A DNA stretch of 64,000 bases, taken from Clostridia bacterium. GTDB taxonomy: Bacteria; Bacillota; Clostridia; Christensenellales; CAG-138. The notes under the pieces are model-generated. The model saw nothing but the letters and a program-made list of their open reading frames with translations. It was not told the DNA's origin and did no database searches. A program made the position numbers and the translations under genes. Shown piece by piece: positions 1-8,594 of this stretch. Each line of letters starts with the position of its first letter. The first letter of the stretch is position 1. The stretch is from contig JAFWOT010000012.1 in NCBI GenBank assembly GCA_017509785.1, forward strand, positions 645,476 through 709,475, read 5' to 3'.

Positions 1-215
1 TCCTTTCCGCCTTTCGGCTGTCGTTTTTATTGTGTTACCGCGTTTTGCGGGCTGCGATCGCGGGCATTGGCGCAAGCGCAATATCCCCTCACTTATATAG
101 ACGGTTTTTTCGGACGGATATCACATGTTTTTAAAAATATATTTTTAATGAACGCATCCCAAGCCGCGGTTGGGCGGTCTTCGGCCTATCCGCGCACCGG
201 GGAGCTGCCCGTCCC

Positions 216-1385
216 TCACTCCCCGTCCGGGGCCCATCTGTGCCAGGTGAGGTTTCCGGTGCCGATCTCCCCGATATCCAGATACCAAGTCGGGGGCTTT
301 TCGCTGACTTGCGCGCTTTCTCCGATCTCATATCCGAAAACGTGATCTCCGAGTATCTTGCAGATAACTATCTCCGGATCGGAATCGGAATACGTCAGCT
401 CTTGTATCAGATTGCCGGAAAGATCGGATATCTCCGTGCCTTTGAGCGAAGGGACCGAGCCCGTATTGCTCCCGAAGACGTATTCGCCATAGGGGTGATA
501 CCAACGGCGGGTCTGAGGTTCGGCCGAAGCCACAACTTCCTCCGCGCCGGAAACCGTGTCGATCCTGTAGATCTTCCCCTGATCCCAGCCCTCGGCAAAG
601 TACAGATGACCGTCCTTCAATTCACACGAGAACAGATCCGGGACGAAGGACAGCTCGCATAATTCGATAACGGAGAGTGATTCAAGATCGGCCTTGACGA
701 TCCTTGCGGCGTCATCCTCGCAGACGCAGTAGAGCTCATTCCCTTCTCCGGCAACGGGATCGCCAAGCGTGACGCCTTCGGGAAGCTCGATCTTTTTCAA
801 TTCAAGCTCGTCTGTGCTCAGGTCGAGCACGTAGGTTTCCATTTTGACCCCCGTTGACTCCGTTCCCAACTGAAGATACCGCACTACGGCGTACTTGTTG
901 TGGAAATACCAATCAAAGGAGAACGCCGCTCCCCCGCCGTCCCGCTCCTCAAAGAACGTGCGAAGCTTCTCATGTGCGCTTCCGTCGAGCCTCATCCTCC
1001 ATAATTCGATCCCCTTGCCCTGCGGACTGTAGATCATATAGTAGATACGGGCCCCGTACAGCCAAGCTTTGTTTGATGCATTTCCCTCAAGGATGGAGTT
1101 GCAATCCTCGTCCGAATGCAGGCAATCGGGCTTTGCGCAGAGCGGCAGCCATTCCTTTTGGTCCTTGTCGCTGAAGAACAGGCGGCATTCACCGCCCGGC
1201 TCGGTGCAGAGATAATAAACCGTTTCCCCGGTTTCGAATATCTGCTCCATACCTGCGCTCGCATATACGGAACCCAGATCATTTACATAAAATTCTTCGG
1301 GCACGTCCGAGCCTGTTTGTTTGACGCAGGAAATGAAGCTCAGAAGCACGAGCGACGCCAATAACAGTGCTGCGATACGTTTCAT
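216..1385 (-). CDS. Secreted lipoprotein, paralog 1 of a four-gene tandem family (DUF5050-like repeats, Cys/His knuckle)
   Basis: ORF 216..1415, with the start trimmed to MKRIAALLLASLVLLSFISC (signal peptide plus lipobox Cys). It shares WLPLCAKPDCLHSDEDCN, LWRMRLDGS.HEKL and the C-terminal WYLD..G..LTW.RWAPDGE motif with the ORFs at 1450, 2633 and 3939. Confidence 0.8.
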   Translation of the reverse strand: MKRIAALLLASLVLLSFISCVKQTGSDVPEEFYVNDLGSVYASAGMEQIFETGETVYYLCTEPGGECRLFFSDKDQKEWLPLCAKPDCLHSDEDCNSILEGNASNKAWLYGARIYYMIYSPQGKGIELWRMRLDGSAHEKLRTFFEERDGGGAAFSFDWYFHNKYAVVRYLQLGTESTGVKMETYVLDLSTDELELKKIELPEGVTLGDPVAGEGNELYCVCEDDAARIVKADLESLSVIELCELSFVPDLFSCELKDGHLYFAEGWDQGKIYRIDTVSGAEEVVASAEPQTRRWYHPYGEYVFGSNTGSVPSLKGTEISDLSGNLIQELTYSDSDPEIVICKILGDHVFGYEIGESAQVSEKPPTWYLDIGEIGTGNLTWHRWAPDGE

Positions 1386-1449
1386 AGATGTCACCATGGT
1401 TCCTTTCTTAAACAATCATTGATCATCCGTCTACCTAAGATCCATTCCC

Positions 1450-2595
1450 TCACTCCCCGTCCGGGGCCCATCTGCGCCAGGTGAGGTTTCCGGTGCCGAG
1501 CTTGGACAGGTCGAGATACCACTGCGGGGGCGTAAGGATCGACTCCTCACCGTTCACGTACTCGAAGCCGTAAACAACTTCGTCCAATGTCCACATCGGG
1601 AAGATCGTCCCTGTGCCCTCCGGCACGGGAACGGATGTTTCGAATACGCATTTGTCGTCATAGATCATCAGATCGCCGCTCCCGGGATCCACACCTATTT
1701 CATGCTCCCCGCATATCGTATACCAGCACTCGGATCCGGGTTCCACTCGCTTGATCTCATCCGTCATACCTGTGTTTACATCGACGGATACGGCCATTCC
1801 CGCTGTCCATGGCTCGTAGAAATACAGCTTATCTCCAACTTTGCGTATGCCGATCTCCTCAGGATAAAACGGCAGCATGCATATCTCGGAGAGCGTCCCG
1901 GATTCGAGATCGAACCGTAGCAAAGTGCAGTCGTCAAGCACGGTGTAAATATACTTCTCATCGCCGATCAGCGGATAACCGATGGTCTTCCTGCCTTCAC
2001 TTTCGGTTACAAGCTCGACGTTCCGCATTTCAAGCTCATTCATACTGAGATCGACAACATAGACCTTCGGTTCATTTACATCGGAATCGGTTCGCCCATC
2101 GGGTGGAACTACCGCGATAAGGACGAGATACCTGTCATGGAAAAAAAACGTGCCGACATAGCCGCCGGGATCAACCTCGAACGTCTTCAGCTTCTCGTGT
2201 CCGCTTCCGTCAAGCCTCATTCTCCACAGGCTCGAATAATCCGAAACATAGTAGATGTGCTGCCCGTAGAGCCAGATCCTTCCTCCCGCGTGTCCCTCGA
2301 GAACGGCGTTGCAGTCTTCATCATTATGCATACAGTTGGGCTTTGAACAAAGGGGGATCCACACGTCCTTACCTTTCTCGCCTATCCAAAGCTTGTCCAG
2401 CTTGTGTTTGTTTATTCCGGATTCGCTGCACAGATAATAGACGGCGTCATTCGTTTCAAAGATCTGCTCAGTTCCGGAATGCCCCGAGTGCCCCGTCATA
2501 CTGCAAACGTAGAACTCCCCGTCTCCGGAAGGACTGCACGCCGAAAGGGACGATAAAGTCAACATAGCCAGAACAAGAGCAACAATTCTTTTCAT
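1450..2595 (-). CDS. Secreted lipoprotein, paralog 2 of the tandem family
   Basis: 381-aa ORF. MKRIVALVLAMLTLSSLSAC is a signal peptide with a lipobox. It has the same WIPLCSKPNCMHNDEDCN, LWRMRLDGSGHEKL and LTWRRWAPDGE motifs. Confidence 0.8.
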   Translation of the reverse strand: MKRIVALVLAMLTLSSLSACSPSGDGEFYVCSMTGHSGHSGTEQIFETNDAVYYLCSESGINKHKLDKLWIGEKGKDVWIPLCSKPNCMHNDEDCNAVLEGHAGGRIWLYGQHIYYVSDYSSLWRMRLDGSGHEKLKTFEVDPGGYVGTFFFHDRYLVLIAVVPPDGRTDSDVNEPKVYVVDLSMNELEMRNVELVTESEGRKTIGYPLIGDEKYIYTVLDDCTLLRFDLESGTLSEICMLPFYPEEIGIRKVGDKLYFYEPWTAGMAVSVDVNTGMTDEIKRVEPGSECWYTICGEHEIGVDPGSGDLMIYDDKCVFETSVPVPEGTGTIFPMWTLDEVVYGFEYVNGEESILTPPQWYLDLSKLGTGNLTWRRWAPDGE

Positions 2596-2632
2596 AAAAC
2601 AGCCTCCTTTTCCGCTTATGCAGCGGTCACCC

Positions 2633-3874
2633 TTACTCCCCGTCCGGGGCCCAGCGACGCCATGTCATATCGGGGTCGCCGATCTCGCTGAGGTCGAGGT
2701 ACCACTCGGGCTCAACAAGATCGATCTGTTTCGTTGGAACGTTCGCCTCTGCTCCGAACATATACTCCCCCGTACCATATACGGGAGTTATATTCTTGTT
2801 GTAAGACTCATACGGAATACGCTGCACAAGATTCCCATCGAAGTCGTAGATCAGCGTATCCTTTCCCGTCTCCGGGTTGTCATCAGAAAAATAACCGTTG
2901 ATGTTGATGTTCCCCGTGCCGATGAGATATTCCTCCGTCATTCTGAGCCTCATCGTCTCATCAAACGAGAGCACAGGGACTATCTCACCGGTATTGGTAT
3001 CGACATAACCAAACTGCTTTTCAAAAAAACCGTCGGCATAATAAAGGCGATCCCCTATAAGCACAAATCCCGATTCGGGATAGAGCGGGAGCTCGCAGAG
3101 CTTATCCCATGTTTCGGTTGAAAGGTCAGCTTTGATTATCGAATTGTTGTTGGTTGTGTTCAAACAATACACGGTCTCGCCTTTGCCGCAGACGGGGATC
3201 CCTGTATCATAGACGAAACGCGTGAGCTTCATCTCGGGCTTTTCAAGGCTCAGATCTACGAGAAAAACAAGGGTGTGCGCGCCCTCTCCCGAAGCTATCA
3301 ACTCCGAATTCGACCCCCTGAACCATGCATAAACGTATTTGTTATGGAAAATAAAAGACCATGAGCTGCTGGTGTAATCTTCGGAATTATCAAAATCATC
3401 GAATCTCAATATCCTCTCATGCCCGCTTCCGTCAAGCCTCATCCTCCAAAGGGCAGTCATTCCGTGTTCATCTGTTTCATCGGGTATATAATAAATATGA
3501 TCTCCGTACACCCAGATAGTAAGACCGCAGTTACCCTCGAGATGAGCGTTGCACTCTTTTGTCTTATGTAAACAATCGGGCTTTATACAAAGCGGCAACC
3601 ACTCCTTATTCTTTTTGTCGCTGAAATGGATCGTATCACTTTTACTTCCCAAGACATAATACAGCGTGTCTTGCGTATCTATCAACTGAGTGATAGCCAT
3701 GCCGGAGAAAGTGCACTGTCTGTCCAACACAATGAATTCCTCATTCCCCGTCGCCTCGGTTACGGACGAACCCGCCCCATCCGGGGTGGGTTCGTCCGAG
3801 CCTGTTTGTTTGACGCAGGAAATGAAGCTCAGAAGCACGAGCGACGCCAATAACAGTGCTGCGATACGTTTCAT
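2633..3874 (-). CDS. Secreted lipoprotein, paralog 3 of the tandem family
   Basis: ORF 2633..3904, trimmed to the MKRIAALLL start. The N-terminal 37 residues are identical to paralog 1. It has the CIKPDCLHKTKECN, LWRMRLDGSGHE and DMTWRRWAPDGE motifs. Confidence 0.8.
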   Translation of the reverse strand: MKRIAALLLASLVLLSFISCVKQTGSDEPTPDGAGSSVTEATGNEEFIVLDRQCTFSGMAITQLIDTQDTLYYVLGSKSDTIHFSDKKNKEWLPLCIKPDCLHKTKECNAHLEGNCGLTIWVYGDHIYYIPDETDEHGMTALWRMRLDGSGHERILRFDDFDNSEDYTSSSWSFIFHNKYVYAWFRGSNSELIASGEGAHTLVFLVDLSLEKPEMKLTRFVYDTGIPVCGKGETVYCLNTTNNNSIIKADLSTETWDKLCELPLYPESGFVLIGDRLYYADGFFEKQFGYVDTNTGEIVPVLSFDETMRLRMTEEYLIGTGNININGYFSDDNPETGKDTLIYDFDGNLVQRIPYESYNKNITPVYGTGEYMFGAEANVPTKQIDLVEPEWYLDLSEIGDPDMTWRRWAPDGE

Positions 3875-3938
3875 AGATGTCACCATGGTTCCTTTCTTAA
3901 ACAATCATTGATCATCCGTCCACCTAAGATCCATTCCC

Positions 3939-5150
3939 TCACTCCCCGTCCGGGGCCCAGCGACGCCATGTCATATCGGGGTCGCCGACCTCGCTGAGGT
4001 CGAGGTACCACTCGGGCACGGCAATGTTAGCTTCCTTGGCAGTATTGTTTCTTAACGTCCCGAACACTATATTGCCCGAGGAAAAAGTCGGCCCGATATC
4101 CATACCGTACGATCCATACGGTATGCGTCGAACGAGATTGCCTTCAAAATCGTAGATCAGAGTATCCGCCCTTCCGTTGGCTATCTCTGTTTCCGTCGGA
4201 GCTTTCCTGCCGCTGCGTCCTCCGATTATATATTCTTCAGTCAGTTTATAGTGTTTTCCGCTTTCGAGCGTGCAGGCAGTCGCTATCTCGCCGGTATTCG
4301 TGTCGACATATACAAGCTTATCCGAATCCGCTGCATACAGGCGGTCGTCCTTCAAAATGAAGCCCGTCGTCGGATAGAACGGGAACTCGCACAGCTTTTC
4401 CCACGAGCCGGTTTCAAGATCCGCCTTGACGATCGAATTGTTGTTGGGGGTGTTCCAGCAATAAACAATATTATCTTTACCGCAGAAGGGCATCCCGGTA
4501 TCATAGGTAAAGCTCGTTTGCTCCACCTGCGGTTTATCGCGGCTGAGATCGACGAGGAATATCAGCGTTTCAAAGCCGCGCGGAGTCATTGCCAGCTCCT
4601 CGTTTGAACCCCAGAACCACGCATAGAGATATTTATTATGAAAATAGAAGTCCCACGTGAACGAATTGTAGATATCATTCTCCTTTTCGTAATCGAATGC
4701 CAGTACCCTTTCATGTTCGCTTCCGTCAAGCTTCATGCGCCAAAGCGAAGGAGTCATTCCGCTTCCGGACAGAACATAGTAAATATACTTCCCGTAGGCC
4801 CAGATGGTGCTGCCGCTGATCCTGCCCCCAAGGTATGCGTTGCAGTCGAGAGTCTTATGGAAGCAGTCGGGCCTGAAGCAGAGCGGCATCCAATCCCTGC
4901 TCTCCTTGTCGCAGAAAAAAACCTTGCTGTTCTGTCTGCCGATCGCGTAATAATAAGTCCCGTTCGCTTCTATAAGCGGGGAAATGAGCATATCCGAAAA
5001 CGTACCCTGCCTGTCGATCGTTATAAAGCCTTCATCTGTCGACGAACCCGCCCCATCCGGGGCGGGTTCGTCCGAGCCTGTTTGTTTGACGCAGGAAATG
5101 AAGCTCAGAAGCACGAGCGACGCCAATAACAGTGCTGCGAAACGTTTCAT
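3939..5150 (-). CDS. Secreted lipoprotein, paralog 4 of the tandem family
   Basis: 403-aa ORF. An AAAGGAG RBS lies about 10 nt before the ATG. MKRFAALLLASLVLLSFISC is the signal peptide with lipobox. It has the CFRPDCFHKTLDCN, LWRMKLDGSEHE and DMTWRRWAPDGE motifs. Confidence 0.85.
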   Translation of the reverse strand: MKRFAALLLASLVLLSFISCVKQTGSDEPAPDGAGSSTDEGFITIDRQGTFSDMLISPLIEANGTYYYAIGRQNSKVFFCDKESRDWMPLCFRPDCFHKTLDCNAYLGGRISGSTIWAYGKYIYYVLSGSGMTPSLWRMKLDGSEHERVLAFDYEKENDIYNSFTWDFYFHNKYLYAWFWGSNEELAMTPRGFETLIFLVDLSRDKPQVEQTSFTYDTGMPFCGKDNIVYCWNTPNNNSIVKADLETGSWEKLCEFPFYPTTGFILKDDRLYAADSDKLVYVDTNTGEIATACTLESGKHYKLTEEYIIGGRSGRKAPTETEIANGRADTLIYDFEGNLVRRIPYGSYGMDIGPTFSSGNIVFGTLRNNTAKEANIAVPEWYLDLSEVGDPDMTWRRWAPDGE

Positions 5151-5165
5151 GGTTTGTTTTCTCCT

Positions 5166-5636
5166 TTAAAACGAGTTTTCGGTCACTCCGTTCAACACGT
5201 TCGTATTGTTGATATAATCATAGTACGTGCAGCTATAGAACGTGTATCCGGAGGGAAAAATGGGGTGTTCAACCGAGAACTGGCTGACATTATAGGTGTG
5301 ATTGAGAGACTTTACCCCGTTGGCGGACAAGGACATATCCGCATCGGGATAATACGAGGAACCATAATCGAGATACACCGTGGTATCCGTCCTCAGGTTG
5401 GAGGTTTTGCTGCATGAGATCTTGGAGATGATCTTAAGCGGCGCGCAGCTCACGGTGCAGGTGTAGACGTTGCTGCCGATCGAGCCGCTGTAGGTCGTCG
5501 CACCCGCATAGAGCGGGATGGTGAGTATCGATACTGCTGCGAGTATAAGAGCGAGCGTCTTTCTTGAAAACTTTTCATTTGTGTTTCCTGCTTCAGTATA
5601 CTTTCTTTCGGTTTCTCTGTCAACTGTTTTTTTCAT
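5166..5636 (-). CDS. Small secreted or membrane-anchored Cys-containing protein, function unknown
   Basis: 156-aa ORF with an N-terminal hydrophobic segment (TLALILAAVSILTIPLYAGA). Its stop is 15 nt upstream of the next gene start, which implies an operon. I recognised no family. Confidence 0.6.
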   Translation of the reverse strand: MKKTVDRETERKYTEAGNTNEKFSRKTLALILAAVSILTIPLYAGATTYSGSIGSNVYTCTVSCAPLKIISKISCSKTSNLRTDTTVYLDYGSSYYPDADMSLSANGVKSLNHTYNVSQFSVEHPIFPSGYTFYSCTYYDYINNTNVLNGVTENSF

Positions 5637-5669
5637 TTCGTTGACTTTCGGTTCGGTTTCGCTGCCGAT

Positions 5670-5810
5670 TCACGGCTCCCTCAGCTTTTCCGGCAGCTCG
5701 GGCTCGTAGATCGGGCCATTGCACGGCGCTGTCGCAAAGGCGTTAGCCGCAAACGTGAAAACCGCCGCCAACACCGAGATGACCGCCGCGAGAATCTTAG
5801 CTCTTTTCAT
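5670..5810 (-). CDS. agrD: AgrD-like autoinducing-peptide precursor (46 aa, not in the ORF track)
   Basis: Hand translation gives MKRAKILAAVISVLAAVFTFAANAFATAPCNGPIYEPELPEKLREP. The RBS AAAGGGGG lies 7 nt upstream of the ATG. The layout is an amphipathic leader, a single Cys, then an acidic P-E-L-P-E-K-L tail as in AgrD. It is adjacent to the agrC/A/B homologues. Confidence 0.7.
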   Translation of the reverse strand: MKRAKILAAVISVLAAVFTFAANAFATAPCNGPIYEPELPEKLREP

Positions 5811-5871
5811 GCTGTTACCCCCTTTCTTTTTTGTTTCATGATATCATATGTTCAAAAAAAATCAATAAAAC

Positions 5872-5900
5872 TGTGCTGAAATGGCCGATTTTTGTGCTGA
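5872..5900. promoter_or_regulatory. Candidate LytTR (AgrA-type) binding site: two TGTGCTGA direct repeats with a 21 bp period
   Basis: TGTGCTGA occurs at 5872-5879 and 5893-5900, in the divergent intergenic region between the agrD-like ORF and agrC. A minus-strand TATGAT -10 candidate (5843-5848) lies about 23 bp beyond the proximal repeat. Confidence 0.55.
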
Positions 5901-5973
5901 GATCAAAAAAAGCCGAAAAACGTTCTTGACATCGGTTCGATTTGGTTGGAAAATCATTATGGAGGTGCTTGGT

Positions 5974-7269
5974 ATGTATCAAGAACTAATTGAGATCGCG
6001 GTCAACTTAGCCGAGGCGATACTGCTTTTCCTATTGTTGAAGCATAAGCTCACTCTCAGGAAGAAAACCGTTCCGCTTGCGATCATCTGTATTATCGTTC
6101 TTGCGGCCGCAACAACGATAATGAATAAAGCCGAGCTCAGCTATGTGTTTACCACAATTATCAATTTGACTCTATACTGCGCGTATGCCGTATTGTTCTT
6201 TGCGGACGACATTCGGTTAAGATTGGTCTGGGCGTCAATGATGATCTATATTACGGTGTTTGCAAATACGTTCCTCATAGCTATCATGTATTCCATATCG
6301 AGTTCCGTACTTATCGCCGGGTTAAATCCAACCGCCATCCGGATCGCCATACAGGCAGTCTATCTTTTGCTGTGTTCACTGATGACGGCAACGGTATTGA
6401 AAACAACGAAAAAGCTTGTCTCTGTAACCTCAAAAGCGGCCGTTGGAATTATGATATCATGTATGATATGCATCACCGCGATGTATCTCCTTTTAGAGGT
6501 GACGATCGAATCGGCTTCCGCGGGTGTGGATTCTTTAAAATTCTGCGCTATCTCCGCACTTCTTATGGCGCTCGTTCTGCTGCTTCTTCTGTTATTTGCC
6601 AAAGCAAACGTTTGGGCGCAAAAATACTCCGAAGAGCGAATTGTTTCCGAATCATTGGAAAGAGAGATCCGTTACAATTCCGAAATGACCGTCATCTCCG
6701 GTTCCATACGACAGTTGAAGCACGATTATTCAAACCATATGAGCGTGATAGCTTTGCTGACCGAGGACGGAGATATCGAATCCCTGCGCAAATACATGAG
6801 TGATTATAAGGCTGAGTACGGGAATATCGACCGTTACGCCATCACCGGAGATAACAGTTTGGATATACTGTTTTCCTACAAAAAAATGATCTGCGACGCG
6901 GAAGGGATCGAGCTGAAAATAACATCCGTGTGCGAAGGCATCCACAAGACGGGACTTTCCGCCACCGAGCTCAGCTCCCTTTTCGGTAATCTCCTTGACA
7001 ATGCGATCAATGCGTGCAGGAAGCTTGACCGCGAAAAAAGAAAGATCTCTCTTTCGATTCGAGATAAAGCGCAAATGCTCAACATAAGGATCGAAAACAA
7101 CTGTATCGATTTGCCTGAGAAGCCCGAAGAAAGCAAACACATCGGCCTCGGTCTTCCGAGAATAAAGAGCATTGTCGATGCGCATAACGGCATTTGCACG
7201 GTATCCCCGGAAAGCGAGCGATTTATCGTTGATATTTTGTTCCCGAAGATTTCAGCAAAGGAAAGTTAA
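5974..7269 (+). CDS. agrC: AgrC-like membrane sensor histidine kinase (HPK10 type)
   Basis: ORF 5881..7269, trimmed to the ATG at 5974, which follows GGAGG at 5961. It has multiple N-terminal TM helices, an H-box LKHDYSNHMSVI and an N-box LFGNLLDNAINA. Confidence 0.85.
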   Translation: MYQELIEIAVNLAEAILLFLLLKHKLTLRKKTVPLAIICIIVLAAATTIMNKAELSYVFTTIINLTLYCAYAVLFFADDIRLRLVWASMMIYITVFANTFLIAIMYSISSSVLIAGLNPTAIRIAIQAVYLLLCSLMTATVLKTTKKLVSVTSKAAVGIMISCMICITAMYLLLEVTIESASAGVDSLKFCAISALLMALVLLLLLLFAKANVWAQKYSEERIVSESLEREIRYNSEMTVISGSIRQLKHDYSNHMSVIALLTEDGDIESLRKYMSDYKAEYGNIDRYAITGDNSLDILFSYKKMICDAEGIELKITSVCEGIHKTGLSATELSSLFGNLLDNAINACRKLDREKRKISLSIRDKAQMLNIRIENNCIDLPEKPEESKHIGLGLPRIKSIVDAHNGICTVSPESERFIVDILFPKISAKES

Positions 7270-7270
7270 G

Positions 7271-7984
7271 ATGAAGCTCAATGTTGTAATAGTGGACGAC
7301 AGTCTCAGCGATATATTGGCAATCGAGAGGCCGGTCAAAAAATATGCGGAAGAGCTTGGGTGCGAAGTTCAAGTTATAAGATACACCGAGCCGAAAAGCG
7401 CCTTACGCATGGATAAATATGTCGGTTTGGAAAACATGCTCATGTTCGTTGACGTGTTGATGCCCGGATTATCCGGCACCGAGCTTATCCCTTTGATGCG
7501 TGAGATGATCGACCCAAAGTCGTTGTTTGTGCTCATGTCCTCTCAGCATGGTTTTATTAAGGAAGGTTACGCCATTGAGGCGTTTGATTTTATCTGCAAG
7601 CCGCCTTTGGAAGAAGATATTAAACATGTACTGAAGCGTGCTGTAAACCGATTCCGTGCTTTCCGAAAGGATACTTTTGATTTCTATGCGGATAAGACCA
7701 ATTATAAGGTCGGTTTCGCAGATATCCTGACGATATCCGTTCACAAAAACTATGCAACGCTTATCACCGTTTCAAAGAGGTATTGTTTTCGCGCTACGGT
7801 AAAGCAGCTTTTGGAAAAGCTCCCTGAACAGTTTATTCAGATATCGGGAAACACGCTCGTCAACATTTCAAGAGTGACATCTATTTCCCCCACCAAAGTC
7901 ACTCTGCATAACGACAACATTTCCCTTGAAATATCAAAAACCTATTTTGATCAAGTGCTTGAGGCATTTAGAAACTATAACTGA
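7271..7984 (+). CDS. agrA: LytTR-family response regulator (AgrA-like)
   Basis: The MKLNVVIVDD receiver domain contains FVDVLMPG. The C-terminal part is LytTR-like (ADILTISVHKNYATLIT...FIQISGNTLVNISRV). The start lies 1 nt after the kinase stop. Confidence 0.85.
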   Translation: MKLNVVIVDDSLSDILAIERPVKKYAEELGCEVQVIRYTEPKSALRMDKYVGLENMLMFVDVLMPGLSGTELIPLMREMIDPKSLFVLMSSQHGFIKEGYAIEAFDFICKPPLEEDIKHVLKRAVNRFRAFRKDTFDFYADKTNYKVGFADILTISVHKNYATLITVSKRYCFRATVKQLLEKLPEQFIQISGNTLVNISRVTSISPTKVTLHNDNISLEISKTYFDQVLEAFRNYN

Positions 7985-7991
7985 AACGATC

Positions 7992-8594
7992 ATGATTAAA
8001 AGATTTTCAAAAAAAGCAGCGGGATTCCTCGTAAAAAACGGCGCCGATCCCGAGATGGAGGAAGTCTGCGCCTATGGTATCGAATGCGTTGTTTCGACGG
8101 TTTTGATACTTGTTCTGCTTATGGCGGCGGGGATACTGCTCAATAAGCCTATATTAATGACGGTGTTCATGATCGCATGGCTGCCGCTTCGGATGCTCGT
8201 CGGCGGAGCGCACGCAAATTCGCATTGGGGCTGCACGCTCGTTTCCGTGGGGCTCGGGACGGTCTCCGTTTGGCTTTCCGGGCCGATCGGGGCTGCTCCG
8301 CTGTGGGCGATCGTCACCGTTTCGCTTCTCTGTTACATGCTTTTCTTTCTGACGGCGCCCATCGTCCACAGGAACCACCCCATATCGAAGAGGCGATACA
8401 GAAGATCCCGTATCGCGGCGCGGATATTCGCGGCGGCTGAATGCGCGGCGATAATTGCCCTCGCCTGTTTACGCTCCCCGTTGGCGGCTCCCGCGTTCAT
8501 GGGGTACTTCACAACGGCGGCGCTTTCCGCCGCTGGGCTGTTAAGTGCGGGGACAGACCGTTCTTCAACAAGGATCTCATTTAAGCTCGAATGA
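7992..8594 (+). CDS. agrB: AgrB-like membrane peptidase (AIP-processing)
   Basis: Polytopic membrane protein. In GGAHANSHWGC the His and Cys are 7 residues apart, matching the catalytic H77/C84 spacing of S. aureus AgrB. Confidence 0.8.
   Translation: MIKRFSKKAAGFLVKNGADPEMEEVCAYGIECVVSTVLILVLLMAAGILLNKPILMTVFMIAWLPLRMLVGGAHANSHWGCTLVSVGLGTVSVWLSGPIGAAPLWAIVTVSLLCYMLFFLTAPIVHRNHPISKRRYRRSRIAARIFAAAECAAIIALACLRSPLAAPAFMGYFTTAALSAAGLLSAGTDRSSTRISFKLE

Noticed and set aside
5881-5973. N-terminal extensions of track ORFs, such as the 31 extra codons on agrC. Similar extensions occur on atpD, atpG, the MobC-like gene, the AAA ATPase gene, the DUF1273 gene and the serine hydrolase gene.
   Set aside because: In each case an internal ATG preceded by a GGAGG-type RBS lies at the point where family homology or the signal peptide begins. 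The upstream extension overlaps the neighbouring gene or intergenic promoter DNA.
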